A DNA stretch of 64,000 bases from Spirochaetia bacterium (GTDB lineage: Bacteria > Spirochaetota > Spirochaetia > UBA9216): assembly GCA_965140585.1 (NCBI GenBank), contig OZ223272.1:256001-320000 (forward strand), written 5' to 3'. The notes below the pieces were generated by a model. The model searched no databases and was not told the origin of the DNA. It was given only the letters and a program-made list of their open reading frames with translations. A program made the position numbers and the translations under genes. Numbering within the stretch: position 1 is the stretch's first letter; the number at the start of each line of letters is the position of its first letter. This document shows positions 39,654 through 49,418 of the stretch, piece by piece.

Positions 39654-41052
39654 AGCAACCTCAGTAAGACCTGTAAAATTCATCAGTATTGACGGACAAA
39701 TATGCAGAATAGCACTGGTTGCAGCCGCATTCTTCTATCTGCTTGACTCAATGCTGCCTGCTGACTTTTCTTTAATTACCGGATGGCTGGGCATTGTAAT
39801 AATATTAACCGGAATCCCGCTCACAAAAAAATCATATTTAAAACCGGCAGCAGTTTTCATTACTCTTTCTGCATTTCTGCTTATTTACGAGGGCATCAGC
39901 TTTTCCACCGTAATCAATGGAGTCAATTCGATGCTCGCAATAGCAGCAATAATGACTGCACTTCAGCTGTTTCTTATCCCGATACGTGCAGGCCGGTATG
40001 ATGAGACTCTGGAAAGGTATCTGAAAGGTCGCTTCAGCAGTGAATCGGGGCTTTTCAGTTTTGTCAGTTTTATTTCACATATAGTCGGAAGTTTCATGCT
40101 GTTCGGTACAGTACCGATGATTTACACTTTTTTCGGAAAACCTATAAAAGATCTGGTAAAAGATCCGGCCCGGTTTGCCGTGACCGCTATCGGCAGGAGC
40201 TTCACTCTGGTAACCCTGTGGGCCCCCGGAGCAGTCAGTGTAGTTCTGGTTCTGGAAAGTACAGGAGCGGAATGGATGAAGGTAATTCCGGTTACCCTTC
40301 TGCTGACCATTGTTGGTTTTGCTTCTTCAATTCTGCTTGAAAGCTCGACGGCCCTCAAGGGGCAAAAAATCACAATCTCTGAGGCTCCTGAACCTGATGT
40401 GAAAAAAGCCGATACCAAAAAGATTTATATTCTCGTGGCTGTTTCTTTGATTCTTCTGGCAGGAGTTATGCTCCTGGACATTGTAAACCTGCTTACAGGC
40501 TCTTCCAGGGTTATACTGGTAGGAATCATAACCGCGGCAGCCTGGACGGCTTTTCACAGAAAAAAAAGGATAATAAAAGAAGCATTCTCCGAATACTGGA
40601 ACAGCTCATTGAAAGTAGTACCTGATCTTTCTGTACTCTTTCTTTCAATGGGGATATTTACCAAGGTAATTCAGGCATCATCATTTATAGAAATTTTCAG
40701 CAGCTGGGTTATAAATACTGCAGGCTCTCTTGGACAGTTCAATTTTCTGATTGTTACGCCATTTATTGTAATCCTGTCGCTTACAGGTATACATCCGCTC
40801 ATGGGCGTAGGCCTACTCGGCTCTCTGCTTTCTGCCGCACTTCCGGGATATTCCACAATGATTGCCCTAGGACTGCTGCTTGGAAGTGCAATATCTTATT
40901 CGGTATCGCCATTCGCGGGAACAATTATTACCCTTTCAAGGTTCGCGGGATGCTCTTCAGTAAAGGCAGCCTTCAACTGGAACGGAATGTTCTCGCTGAT
41001 CTTTTTTATTGAAGGGCTCATTATCCTGTCGGTAACAGCCCTTATTCTTTAG
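39646..41052 (+). CDS. Multi-pass membrane protein, putative transporter
   Basis: About 12 TM; RSFTLVTLWAP, GIHP, SPFAGT. Confidence 0.6.
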   Translation: MNKATSVRPVKFISIDGQICRIALVAAAFFYLLDSMLPADFSLITGWLGIVIILTGIPLTKKSYLKPAAVFITLSAFLLIYEGISFSTVINGVNSMLAIAAIMTALQLFLIPIRAGRYDETLERYLKGRFSSESGLFSFVSFISHIVGSFMLFGTVPMIYTFFGKPIKDLVKDPARFAVTAIGRSFTLVTLWAPGAVSVVLVLESTGAEWMKVIPVTLLLTIVGFASSILLESSTALKGQKITISEAPEPDVKKADTKKIYILVAVSLILLAGVMLLDIVNLLTGSSRVILVGIITAAAWTAFHRKKRIIKEAFSEYWNSSLKVVPDLSVLFLSMGIFTKVIQASSFIEIFSSWVINTAGSLGQFNFLIVTPFIVILSLTGIHPLMGVGLLGSLLSAALPGYSTMIALGLLLGSAISYSVSPFAGTIITLSRFAGCSSVKAAFNWNGMFSLIFFIEGLIILSVTALIL

Positions 41053-41067
41053 CAGTCAAGAAAAACT

Positions 41068-41394
41068 TCAGACCTCACATTCTTTCAGCTCCAGAGACTG
41101 CTTCCGCTTGAAAATATTCTTTGTCATGCATGTCATCCATTTCCAGTGCAGGATCAGATGTCCAAGTACCCCTGCTGCCATGATAATGCTGCTTATCGTG
41201 TGCATATCTTTTATAAACCAGCGGTCCATTCCAAGAACGGTAACAGCAGCATGGATGTTCCGGCCGCCCCGGTAACCGTCTCCGGAACCGATAAACAGCA
41301 GAACTATCCCGCTGAACGCCGACAGCAGAAATCCAAGTCCGATGGCTACATCCACTATATAATTAACCTTGCCTCTGCTTATTCCCTGCTTCAT
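41068..41394 (-). CDS. DUF4405 membrane protein (cytochrome b-like)
   Basis: SAFSGIVL..GYRGGRN..DMHTISS..GHLILHWKW; GGAGG RBS before ATG 41394. Confidence 0.8.
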   Translation of the reverse strand: MKQGISRGKVNYIVDVAIGLGFLLSAFSGIVLLFIGSGDGYRGGRNIHAAVTVLGMDRWFIKDMHTISSIIMAAGVLGHLILHWKWMTCMTKNIFKRKQSLELKECEV

Positions 41395-41523
41395 ATTAAA
41401 GCCTCCTGTATTTCTTATACACAGATAATAAAGCTCCAAATTGAACGGTTTATGCAGAAATTTAAAAGATTTTGAGGAGAGCAATTTAAATAATTAATGT
41501 TATTATTTACCCCGGAGGAACGA

Positions 41524-41940
41524 ATGGGAGAAACAGTAAGATTCGGTGTTTCAATGGACAGTGAGATGGTCGAGCTGCTTGACCGGTTCACTATTGAACA
41601 GGGGCATGAAAACCGCTCGGAGACTATCCGAAGTCTGGTAAGGCAGGCCCTTGTTGAAACAAATTCAGGCGATGCTGATCCCGAGATAATAGGTACTGTA
41701 ACGCTTCTTTATCACCACTCCACCCGCCTTCCACGTGTTCTGGTTGAAAACTACCCGTCGGTACAAATTACCGCAAATATTCAGCTTCATGCTGACACCG
41801 ACATCCGCATTAAAGTTCTGGTTGTCAGAGGCAGGGGTTCGGAAGTTCATGCATGGGCACAAAAACTTCTTTCAAGCAAAAAGATAATCGGAAAACTTGC
41901 AGTTACTGCAACAGATGAATTGTTTAAAGAATTACTTTAG
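41524..41940 (+). CDS. nikR: NikR-like ribbon-helix-helix regulator with degenerate metal site
   Basis: VRFGVSMD..LLDRF..NRSETIR.LVR; GTVTLLYHH ACT-like domain. Confidence 0.8.
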   Translation: MGETVRFGVSMDSEMVELLDRFTIEQGHENRSETIRSLVRQALVETNSGDADPEIIGTVTLLYHHSTRLPRVLVENYPSVQITANIQLHADTDIRIKVLVVRGRGSEVHAWAQKLLSSKKIIGKLAVTATDELFKELL

Positions 41941-41989
41941 ACCTTTTTATAATTGACTTCAACTGAAAAAAATAATACCTTATCATTAA

Positions 41990-42017
41990 GTAGCACGTTT
42001 TTATATTTTCGTGTCAC
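41990..42017. promoter_or_regulatory. Putative NikR-type operator
   Basis: GTAGCAC-N14-GTGTCAC, 28-bp dyad with AT-rich spacer upstream of the ABC operon. Confidence 0.55.
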
Positions 42018-42104
42018 TTCTTGTACTGAATAACACCGTATTCAGAAAAAACTAACTGAGTTTACAAGAAGCTCAATCTCATAAAAACCTTGGAGGTATC
42101 TATT

Positions 42105-43250
42105 TTGACATTCTCAGGACAAAAACGTCTGCATTCAAACATCACAAGGCTGATGATGCTCTGTCTTATTTTTACTGCAGGAAGTTTCAGTCTCTTTGCA
42201 TCCGCGCAGCAGGAGGAACCTGCAGCACAAACCCCGTCCACACTGACGGACATGCGCGGCCGTGAGATCGAAGTTCCGGAAAATATCGACGGAATAATTG
42301 CACTTGATGCGGGCTCACTCAGGCTGCTTTGCTACATGGGTGAGACGGATAGAATTATTGCCGTTGAAGACGCCGGGCACGGGAGAGAAAAATCCCCGTA
42401 CGGCTTCTTTTCACTGGCGACATACCGGATTGCTTTTCCGGAGCTTAAAAATCTTCCAAGCATCGGGAATAAGGAAAATCATGAAGGAATTATTGCTGCA
42501 GCTCCCGACATCATAATATCATCTACAGTAGACGCCGCACAGCTTGACCAGCTGCAGCAGATACTCGGGATTCCGGTATTCGGGGTAGATGTAGATGTTG
42601 AACTCTACGATACTGAACTGTTCTACCGTCAGCTGGATACACTGGGTAGTCTTCTTAGTAAGCAAGCCCGGGCGGAAGAGCTCATTACCGGAATTGAAGA
42701 ATCATTGACAGATCTGAAGGACCGCAAATCAGAGGTTACAAATCCCGTAAAAGCCTATTCCGGAGGAATGATGTATTACGGACCGGCCGATCTGCTCAGA
42801 ACAACAGGTGACTACCTCCCCTTCAGCTTAAGCGGGGCAGAAAATGTAATGCCGACCAACCCGGCCGGAAATCTGCAGCCCTACATGACATCACTTGAAG
42901 ATCTTATTTCAGCAGCACCCGATTACGTATTTATAGATTCAGCCAATATAAATCTGTCAAAACAGGGTTTTGAGACAAACCGGGAAGTACTTGAAGAACA
43001 GGTTCCGGCATTCACCAACCGGCAGGTTTATTCAACCTTTGTTTATAAATATTACGGAACAAACTGGGAAAATCAGCTTATCAACGTTTACTATGCCGGC
43101 AAGATTCTTTACCCGGAAATATACGGCGATTTCACAATTGAAGATAAGGCCGAGGAAATATGGGAATTATTTTTTAATGTTCCGCTTAATTTTACAACCG
43201 TTACAGAACAGCAGAAGGGCGGACCTGCACAGGTTGACTGGTTTAACTGA
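42105..43250 (+). CDS. ABC transporter substrate-binding protein (iron-siderophore/cobalamin/metal-chelate class)
   Basis: TDMRGREIEVP..IIAL, LPSIG, EGIIAAAPDII, SLEDLISAAPDYVF; GGAGGT before TTG 42105. Confidence 0.88.
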   Translation: MTFSGQKRLHSNITRLMMLCLIFTAGSFSLFASAQQEEPAAQTPSTLTDMRGREIEVPENIDGIIALDAGSLRLLCYMGETDRIIAVEDAGHGREKSPYGFFSLATYRIAFPELKNLPSIGNKENHEGIIAAAPDIIISSTVDAAQLDQLQQILGIPVFGVDVDVELYDTELFYRQLDTLGSLLSKQARAEELITGIEESLTDLKDRKSEVTNPVKAYSGGMMYYGPADLLRTTGDYLPFSLSGAENVMPTNPAGNLQPYMTSLEDLISAAPDYVFIDSANINLSKQGFETNREVLEEQVPAFTNRQVYSTFVYKYYGTNWENQLINVYYAGKILYPEIYGDFTIEDKAEEIWELFFNVPLNFTTVTEQQKGGPAQVDWFN

Positions 43251-43252
43251 GT

Positions 43253-44296
43253 ATGAATATCTACAGCTCTTACAAAAAAGAGCAAAGTAAGCGCATTCTT
43301 TTCATATCGGCAGCAGGAGTCATTCTTGCTGCCCTTGTTGTTTTTTCAGCATCTGCAGGAACTATCAGAATTCCTCCGAAAGATGTGCTTGCCTATGTTT
43401 TCCGCTTCGATAATTCAGGCACAGGCCGCATAGTCTGGGATGTAAGAATGCCCCGTATTATTGCAGCCATGCTGGTCGGAGCCGGTCTTTCACTCTCAGG
43501 AACTGTAATGCAGTCGGTCCTGCGAAACCCGCTGGCCTCACCATATACTCTGGGGCTTTCAAGCGCGGCGGCCTTCGGAGCTTCATTTGCAATAGTATTT
43601 CTCGGTGCAGGGACGGGAACTACCTCAACTATCATTATCAGCAGTTCATTTACAGTCGCCGCTTCTGCGTTTTTCTTCTGCGCAGTTTCTACAGTAGCCA
43701 TTCTGCTGCTGACAGTATTCACCAGGATTTCGGCTGAGAGTATGGTCCTTGCCGGAATTGCGATAGGGTCTCTTTTTTCCGCCGGACTGACTTTAATGCA
43801 GTACCTGGCAGACAGCGTACAACTGGCAAGCATCGTCTCCTGGACTTTCGGAGATCTAGGCAGGGCGAACAACCGCGTGCTTGTAATCACAGCTTCTGTA
43901 CTCATTCCGCTGTTCATTGCATTTTTTTATTTCCGGTGGGATTTCAATGCCCTTGATACCGGAGAGGATACGGCTAAAAGTCTTGGAATTAAGACAGGAG
44001 CCCTGCGTATTGCGGGAATGGCAGCAGCCTCTATGATCTCGGCGGTCATAGTATCTTTTTTCGGAACCATAGCATTTATAGGTCTTTTGGGTCCCCACAT
44101 TGCCCGAAGGCTGCTTGGTTCAGACCACCGGTTTCTGCTTATCAGCTCTCCGCTGATTGGCGCAATAATACTTCTAGCCGCCGACACAGCAGCAAGAACA
44201 GTATTAACCCCGATGGTTCTTCCCGTAGGCATCCTTACCTCAATCTGCGGCGGGCCGCTCTTTATATATTTACTTGTGGCAGGAAGGAACAGATGA
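43253..44296 (+). CDS. FecCD/BtuC-family ABC permease
   Basis: VRMPRI, RNPLASPYTLG, AKSLG, FIGLLGPHIAR, LPVGILTS..GGP. Confidence 0.93.
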   Translation: MNIYSSYKKEQSKRILFISAAGVILAALVVFSASAGTIRIPPKDVLAYVFRFDNSGTGRIVWDVRMPRIIAAMLVGAGLSLSGTVMQSVLRNPLASPYTLGLSSAAAFGASFAIVFLGAGTGTTSTIIISSSFTVAASAFFFCAVSTVAILLLTVFTRISAESMVLAGIAIGSLFSAGLTLMQYLADSVQLASIVSWTFGDLGRANNRVLVITASVLIPLFIAFFYFRWDFNALDTGEDTAKSLGIKTGALRIAGMAAASMISAVIVSFFGTIAFIGLLGPHIARRLLGSDHRFLLISSPLIGAIILLAADTAARTVLTPMVLPVGILTSICGGPLFIYLLVAGRNR

Positions 44297-45045
44297 TTCT
44301 TAAGGTAGACGGTCTGAGTTTTGCTTATAAAAGCCGCCGGGTTATTGATGATGCAGGCTTTGAACTCAAAGAGGGCGAAATACTTTCAATTCTCGGTCCG
44401 AACGGCGCGGGAAAAACGACTCTTCTAAAATGCCTCAACCTCATACTTTCTCCTGACAGGGGCACAGTTTTAATTGACGGAAAAAACTGCCGTGATATCG
44501 GCCATGGTGAAATGGCCAGAAAGACAGGCCTTGTAGCCCAGCATTCCGAACCCGTCAGAATGAAGGTATATGATTTGGTTCTGCTTGGAAGAAAACCTCA
44601 CTTTCACTGGTCTCCGCGAAAAGAAGATCATACCATAGTTGAAGAAGCTATCAAGCTGATGGGCCTGGAAGAGCTTGCACTCCGCTATGCCGACGAGTTA
44701 AGCGGCGGGGAGTTCCAGCTTGTCCAGATAGTCCGGGCTCTTGCCCAGAGCCCCAGACTGATACTTTTTGATGAACCGACAAGCAGTCTGGACATCAGTC
44801 ACCAGCATCAGCTTATGGCAAGAATCAGCACCTTAATCCACTCAAAACCGATGGCTGCCGTAATGACAATGCACGACATTAATCTTGCGCTCCGCTACTC
44901 AGATAAATTTCTGCTTATCAGGGAAGGCCGGGTACATGCTGCAGGCGGGAAAGAGATAATAAATCCTGAGAATATTAAAGAGGTTTACGGGATGGAATCT
45001 GCTGTAACAGAGGCCTGCGGACATACAATCGTTATTCCGGTTTGA
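44293..45045 (+). CDS. ABC transporter ATP-binding protein (FecE/BtuD type)
   Basis: GPNGAGKTT, LSGGE, LFDEPTSSLD, HDINLA. Confidence 0.95.
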   Translation: MILKVDGLSFAYKSRRVIDDAGFELKEGEILSILGPNGAGKTTLLKCLNLILSPDRGTVLIDGKNCRDIGHGEMARKTGLVAQHSEPVRMKVYDLVLLGRKPHFHWSPRKEDHTIVEEAIKLMGLEELALRYADELSGGEFQLVQIVRALAQSPRLILFDEPTSSLDISHQHQLMARISTLIHSKPMAAVMTMHDINLALRYSDKFLLIREGRVHAAGGKEIINPENIKEVYGMESAVTEACGHTIVIPV

Positions 45046-45587
45046 TATGGAAAACCTCAATGTCTGAAATAGTAAAAACTGTCGAATTTCAGCTTCAACG
45101 ATATCCTCTTTCAAGACTGAAAGATATCTACAAAAGCTTCTTTCAGGATGAGTTCGGTCCGGGTCATATACTTGAAGCTCCGGAAGAGGCCATTAACTAT
45201 CTTAAAAAGGAGCTTTCCACTGCAAAAAGCCAGAGCCGTTATGAAGCGGAGCTCTGCGGAACCGGAAAACACTTTTGCCGTATATCTTTAGATCTAATCA
45301 TAGACGGCAGAATCAGTTTAGACCGGTATTTCTCTGAATTCATTTCCGGTGCAGCAGACTTCGCCCTCCCTGAAATTGGAGAGTGGAAAATCAAATGGAA
45401 TAATATACTGGAGAAACTGAAACCTTTGAGCCATGTAATCAACAACTTCGATGAGGATTCTGTATTTATACTCAGGAACCTTGAAGAAGGAAAGTATGCA
45501 ATGCACCACAGCAGTCTGTATAGACAGGCATATGATCCTCATTACCGGATTTTTAGAATCAGTAATTCAAATTTTGATATTTCGTAA
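45042..45587 (+). CDS. Hypothetical protein coupled to the ABC operon
   Basis: YP..RLKDIYKSFFQDEFGPGH and HHS..YRQAYDPHYRI motifs; start overlaps or closely follows ATPase stop. Confidence 0.65.
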   Translation: MIWKTSMSEIVKTVEFQLQRYPLSRLKDIYKSFFQDEFGPGHILEAPEEAINYLKKELSTAKSQSRYEAELCGTGKHFCRISLDLIIDGRISLDRYFSEFISGAADFALPEIGEWKIKWNNILEKLKPLSHVINNFDEDSVFILRNLEEGKYAMHHSSLYRQAYDPHYRIFRISNSNFDIS

Positions 45588-45594
45588 AAAGAAG

Positions 45595-45624
45595 GCGCCG
45601 GAAACCGTGAAGGGCTTCCGGCGC
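45595..45624. terminator. Bidirectional terminator
   Basis: GCGCCGGAA...TTCCGGCGC between convergent genes. Confidence 0.75.
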
Positions 45625-45648
45625 AAAGTGAAGGAATACAAAATGAAA

Positions 45649-48060
45649 TTATAAAGTATGGGACATTCGGTTAATTACCTCGTCCTGAATACCGTCTGTA
45701 AGGCGTGTGAAGTAGGCACTGTAGCCTGCAACCCGAACAACCAATTCAGGATGATCCTCGGGATGAACCTTTGCATCAACCATATCTTCACGGTTAACAA
45801 TATTAAACTGAATATGCTTACCGCCGTTAGTCAGGTAGGTCTTAATCAAGGCCCCGAGTTTCTTTAAATCACTTTCAGTTTTCATGTTCGTAGGATGAAA
45901 CTTCATGTTCATCAGTGTTCCCTGGTAGGGATCCTGGTTGACTTTCATGGCACTCTTGAAAACTGCTGTAGGTCCGTGGACATCCTGACCATGATCGGGA
46001 GACAATGAAGCATCTGCAAGAATCTCTCCGCCCTTTCTTCCATCTGCAGTAGCTCCTGTACAGGCGCCGCCGGGCTGATGTGCAGAAATTGAAATTGCGT
46101 TCGGCTTGAGCGAATCACCATAGGCGCATGGCAGGCTGTGGCAGGTATCGGCATGGAGCTGATAAACTTCTGCAACCATTGCATCAACTTCAGAATCATC
46201 GTTACCGTATTTGGGCACTGCAGCAAAATCAGTCTGCATTTCTTCATATCCAACCCAGTCTGCATCAAGGGCTTCCATCAGCTGCTTCATGGTGTATTTC
46301 TTTTCATCGAAGACAAGCTTCTTGATGGCGTACATGGCGTTACCTGTATTTACACCGCCGACTGCGCCGAGAACCGCACCGTTTTCAAAATCAAAACGGC
46401 GGTTAAACATATCCTTACCAACCTTGACCCCGTCTTTCATAAGTGAAGATCTGAAGACATCCGGAAAGAGATCACGCTCTGCTATAAGCTCTACGTTGAT
46501 TCGCTCATTTGCCATGCTCATCAGATGTTTTATCTGGGCATGCATTGCAGCCTTGAACTCATCAAAGGTTTTCATTTCAGTGACATCGCCTGTCTGCATA
46601 CCGACCATTTCCTCTGTATAGCGGCAGTATCCGTTATGCATGCAGATATCCATAGCCTGGGGTATGATAAAAAAGCAGGCTACCTGAGTTCTGGTTACAG
46701 AAGGAACGTTGGCATCAACACAACCTGTTGCTACATAATCTCTGGCAACTTCAATCGAAAGCTTGTTTTTGTCGCTCTGTGAAGTAAAGAAGTTGATGTT
46801 TGATTCATCACCGAGAAAGGCTGGAAGACCGAGTCCGCTTCTTACGCACTCAAGCGCCTTAACCATCAGTTTTTCAGGAGTTCCTTTATGAACACGGACA
46901 GTTATGGTGTGGTGGGGAAGATGCGTATCGAGTGCCGCATCAAGAAGAAGATAGCTCAGCTCATTTGTAGCATCGCTGCCGTCAGCCTTCTGACCGCCGA
47001 TTGTCCAGTTATACCACTTTGCCATACCCGCATTCTTTGCCCTGTTTGCCTTTCCTGATACACGGTTGATTTTCATAACTTTGCAGCGCATGATTTCAAG
47101 GAGTTCGAGAATCTTATCGTCATCGCTTCGGCCGCTGTCGATATCGGCCTTATAGAAGGGATACATGTACTGATCAAAACGGCCGGCTGTTGATGTAGGT
47201 GAAGGACATACGAGCAGGAAGGTAAACCAGAAAGACTGCAGTGCTTCATGGAATGTTTCAGCAGGTTCATATGGAACCTTGCGGCAGATTCTGGCCATCT
47301 CGACAAGTTCAGACTTTCTGTCGGCATTGCTTTCAGCCTCAGCCATCTTCTCGGCAAGATCAGCATAACGGCCTGCAAAGCGGACCCATGCTTCATAAAC
47401 AATGATTATACCTTCCCAGAAGTTTCTCTTTTCGATTGCATCTGAAGAATCATAGCGGAGGTCAAGAAGACACTGCTTTGCTTCTTCAATTACAGACTTT
47501 GCTCCGCCGTTAAGGATACGTGAGTAGTCAATTCCAACCAGAGAAAAGCCCGGGCCCAGACCGTATCCTGACATTGCAAATCCGCCGCCGGAACCTCCGG
47601 TTCTGTCCTTCCATGGAGGAAGTATTGTTCCTGATTTCATGAAAGGCCATAGACGTTCTGTCATTCCGAGAGATTTACCCATTGTCTCAACCAGGTTGCT
47701 GTTGAGTGAATTTCCGGCAAAGCGTTCGTTGAGTTCGTAAAGTTCTTTCTCATCTTCAGGATCGATGGTATAGATTTCACTTTTAAGCGACTCTACTTCA
47801 TCCTGTGTCCAAACGCCGTATTCATACTGCATCTCAAGACCGAAGGGCTTGCTTGCACCTGAGCCGCAGAGTAAGTCATCCTCTTCAATAAATATATCAA
47901 TGTTATCAAGAATATGTGCGTGCAGTTTTGATCGGCGCAGCAGCATCGGCTCTCCGGCTGTCATATCCAGCGACTCATTTGCCAGCCTGAACAGCTGAAT
48001 ACACAGCGGATATTTATTGACCCGCAGACTTTCTTTCATTCGTTCAACACGACCTGTCAT
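45649..48060 (-). CDS. Glycyl radical enzyme of unknown specificity (PFL superfamily)
   Basis: EPMLLRRSK, GRFDQYMYPFY, Cys loop ATGCVD, PKYGND, ATADGR, HIQFN, glycyl loop LVVRVAGYSAYF. Confidence 0.93.
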   Translation of the reverse strand: MTGRVERMKESLRVNKYPLCIQLFRLANESLDMTAGEPMLLRRSKLHAHILDNIDIFIEEDDLLCGSGASKPFGLEMQYEYGVWTQDEVESLKSEIYTIDPEDEKELYELNERFAGNSLNSNLVETMGKSLGMTERLWPFMKSGTILPPWKDRTGGSGGGFAMSGYGLGPGFSLVGIDYSRILNGGAKSVIEEAKQCLLDLRYDSSDAIEKRNFWEGIIIVYEAWVRFAGRYADLAEKMAEAESNADRKSELVEMARICRKVPYEPAETFHEALQSFWFTFLLVCPSPTSTAGRFDQYMYPFYKADIDSGRSDDDKILELLEIMRCKVMKINRVSGKANRAKNAGMAKWYNWTIGGQKADGSDATNELSYLLLDAALDTHLPHHTITVRVHKGTPEKLMVKALECVRSGLGLPAFLGDESNINFFTSQSDKNKLSIEVARDYVATGCVDANVPSVTRTQVACFFIIPQAMDICMHNGYCRYTEEMVGMQTGDVTEMKTFDEFKAAMHAQIKHLMSMANERINVELIAERDLFPDVFRSSLMKDGVKVGKDMFNRRFDFENGAVLGAVGGVNTGNAMYAIKKLVFDEKKYTMKQLMEALDADWVGYEEMQTDFAAVPKYGNDDSEVDAMVAEVYQLHADTCHSLPCAYGDSLKPNAISISAHQPGGACTGATADGRKGGEILADASLSPDHGQDVHGPTAVFKSAMKVNQDPYQGTLMNMKFHPTNMKTESDLKKLGALIKTYLTNGGKHIQFNIVNREDMVDAKVHPEDHPELVVRVAGYSAYFTRLTDGIQDEVINRMSHTL

Positions 48061-48180
48061 AGTAAACCCCTTATTTATGCATTAATTGCGATTTAAATTT
48101 TCTATGTAATAAATCAGTTGGCTAAGCCTAACATGTTTATTCTTTAAATAAAAACAAATCATCCCCGGAAAATTAAAGTC

Positions 48181-48227
48181 TGTGACATGCATACAAACAG
48201 CCTTCCGGGTAATGTGCTCATTGCATA
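48181..48227. promoter_or_regulatory. Pair of putative PucR operators upstream of the GRE
   Basis: TGTGACATGCATACA and TGTGCTCATTGCATA, starts 32 bp apart. Confidence 0.55.
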
Positions 48228-48243
48228 TGCAAAAGCATATGTT

Positions 48244-49404
48244 CTAAGCAATAATAACCTCATCCCCTTCTATGCTGTACGCAGTTTCTATATTCATCAT
48301 CTGATCAATATTCTTCATGTAATCAAATATAGTATTAAATAGCGGATCATCATTCTTCACCGCGTAGGGCTTGAAATCATCAGGAATGTAGACCGGAATA
48401 TAGGAGACGCGATCTATCTTTTTGTCTTTAACTGAAATCTTGGCTATCATTGAATAGTAGCAGTCTTCAGGGAAGGTCTTTGCCGCGTTGCCGGTGCCGA
48501 ATCCCTTGCGTATCTTGGCCATCTCCTGATGTTTTTTTGACGTACGCATATCCTGACGCAGAGTTTTTTTATCGCGTTCCATTTTATCAGGGTCGGTCAT
48601 TGCAAAATTGCCCAGTGAATAGAAGATAACCTTACCCTTGTAGACTTCGATAGGTTTGAGGATATGAGCATGGTGCCCCAGAATTAGATCCGCCCCGGCA
48701 TCAATTGCTTCATATGCATATTCTCTCTGATACTCGGCAATCTCGGCCTTGGTAAAATGAATACCCCAATGCATTGAAACAACAACTATATCAGCCTGCT
48801 TTTTAGCCTGAGCAATATCATCAAGCAGATGCACCTTGTCCTGTTTGTGAGCCCAGCTGTGCACTCTGCAGGGTGTTCCCGGCTGATCATGCTCTATCTG
48901 CTCATAGTATGTATGCCCGCGTGCAGGGTTAACACCGGGACGGGCTTCCTGCGCCCAGTAATCCTGCGGCAGTATTGTGCAGTAGCCGAGAAAGGCAATC
49001 TTTGTTCCGTCACGCTCAATCACTGAAAAGCGGCGGGCGTCTTCTTCGTTTTCACCGGCGCCGATAACTTCCATACCTGCATTCCTCAGATAATCAACTG
49101 TATTAAGGAAATGAAAACGGCCGTAGTCAAGCGAGTGGTTTGAGGCGAATGATACTATATCAAAGCCGGCATCCTTAAGCACCGGAGCTACTTTCGGATC
49201 TGAAGAGCAGGGCATTCGAGCCTGTGAAGCAGCAAATGGAAACAGGTCATCAATTTTTTCATCGATGAGAACGGTTTCAAGCTGACCGAATGTAATATCA
49301 GCATCCTGAAGTATTGGTGCAACATGGTCGTACAGACCATCATAGTATCCCATTCCCGGAATATTATCTCCTACCCCCAGAATGGTTATGTTTTCTTTAT
49401 TCAT
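48244..49404 (-). CDS. CapA/PGA_cap-family metallophosphoesterase-like hydrolase
   Basis: GVGD, GQLE, SFASNHSLDYG, SMHWG, ILGHHAHIL, YSLGNF. Confidence 0.88.
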   Translation of the reverse strand: MNKENITILGVGDNIPGMGYYDGLYDHVAPILQDADITFGQLETVLIDEKIDDLFPFAASQARMPCSSDPKVAPVLKDAGFDIVSFASNHSLDYGRFHFLNTVDYLRNAGMEVIGAGENEEDARRFSVIERDGTKIAFLGYCTILPQDYWAQEARPGVNPARGHTYYEQIEHDQPGTPCRVHSWAHKQDKVHLLDDIAQAKKQADIVVVSMHWGIHFTKAEIAEYQREYAYEAIDAGADLILGHHAHILKPIEVYKGKVIFYSLGNFAMTDPDKMERDKKTLRQDMRTSKKHQEMAKIRKGFGTGNAAKTFPEDCYYSMIAKISVKDKKIDRVSYIPVYIPDDFKPYAVKNDDPLFNTIFDYMKNIDQMMNIETAYSIEGDEVIIA

Positions 49405-49418
49405 ATATTTAATCCTTA

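Noticed and set aside
45649-48060. Pyruvate formate-lyase pflB
   Set aside because: Lacks the adjacent Cys-Cys pair; no pflA or focA; catabolic context
48244-49404. Poly-gamma-glutamate capsule synthesis
   Set aside because: No capB/capC and no membrane anchor; embedded in a catabolic operon
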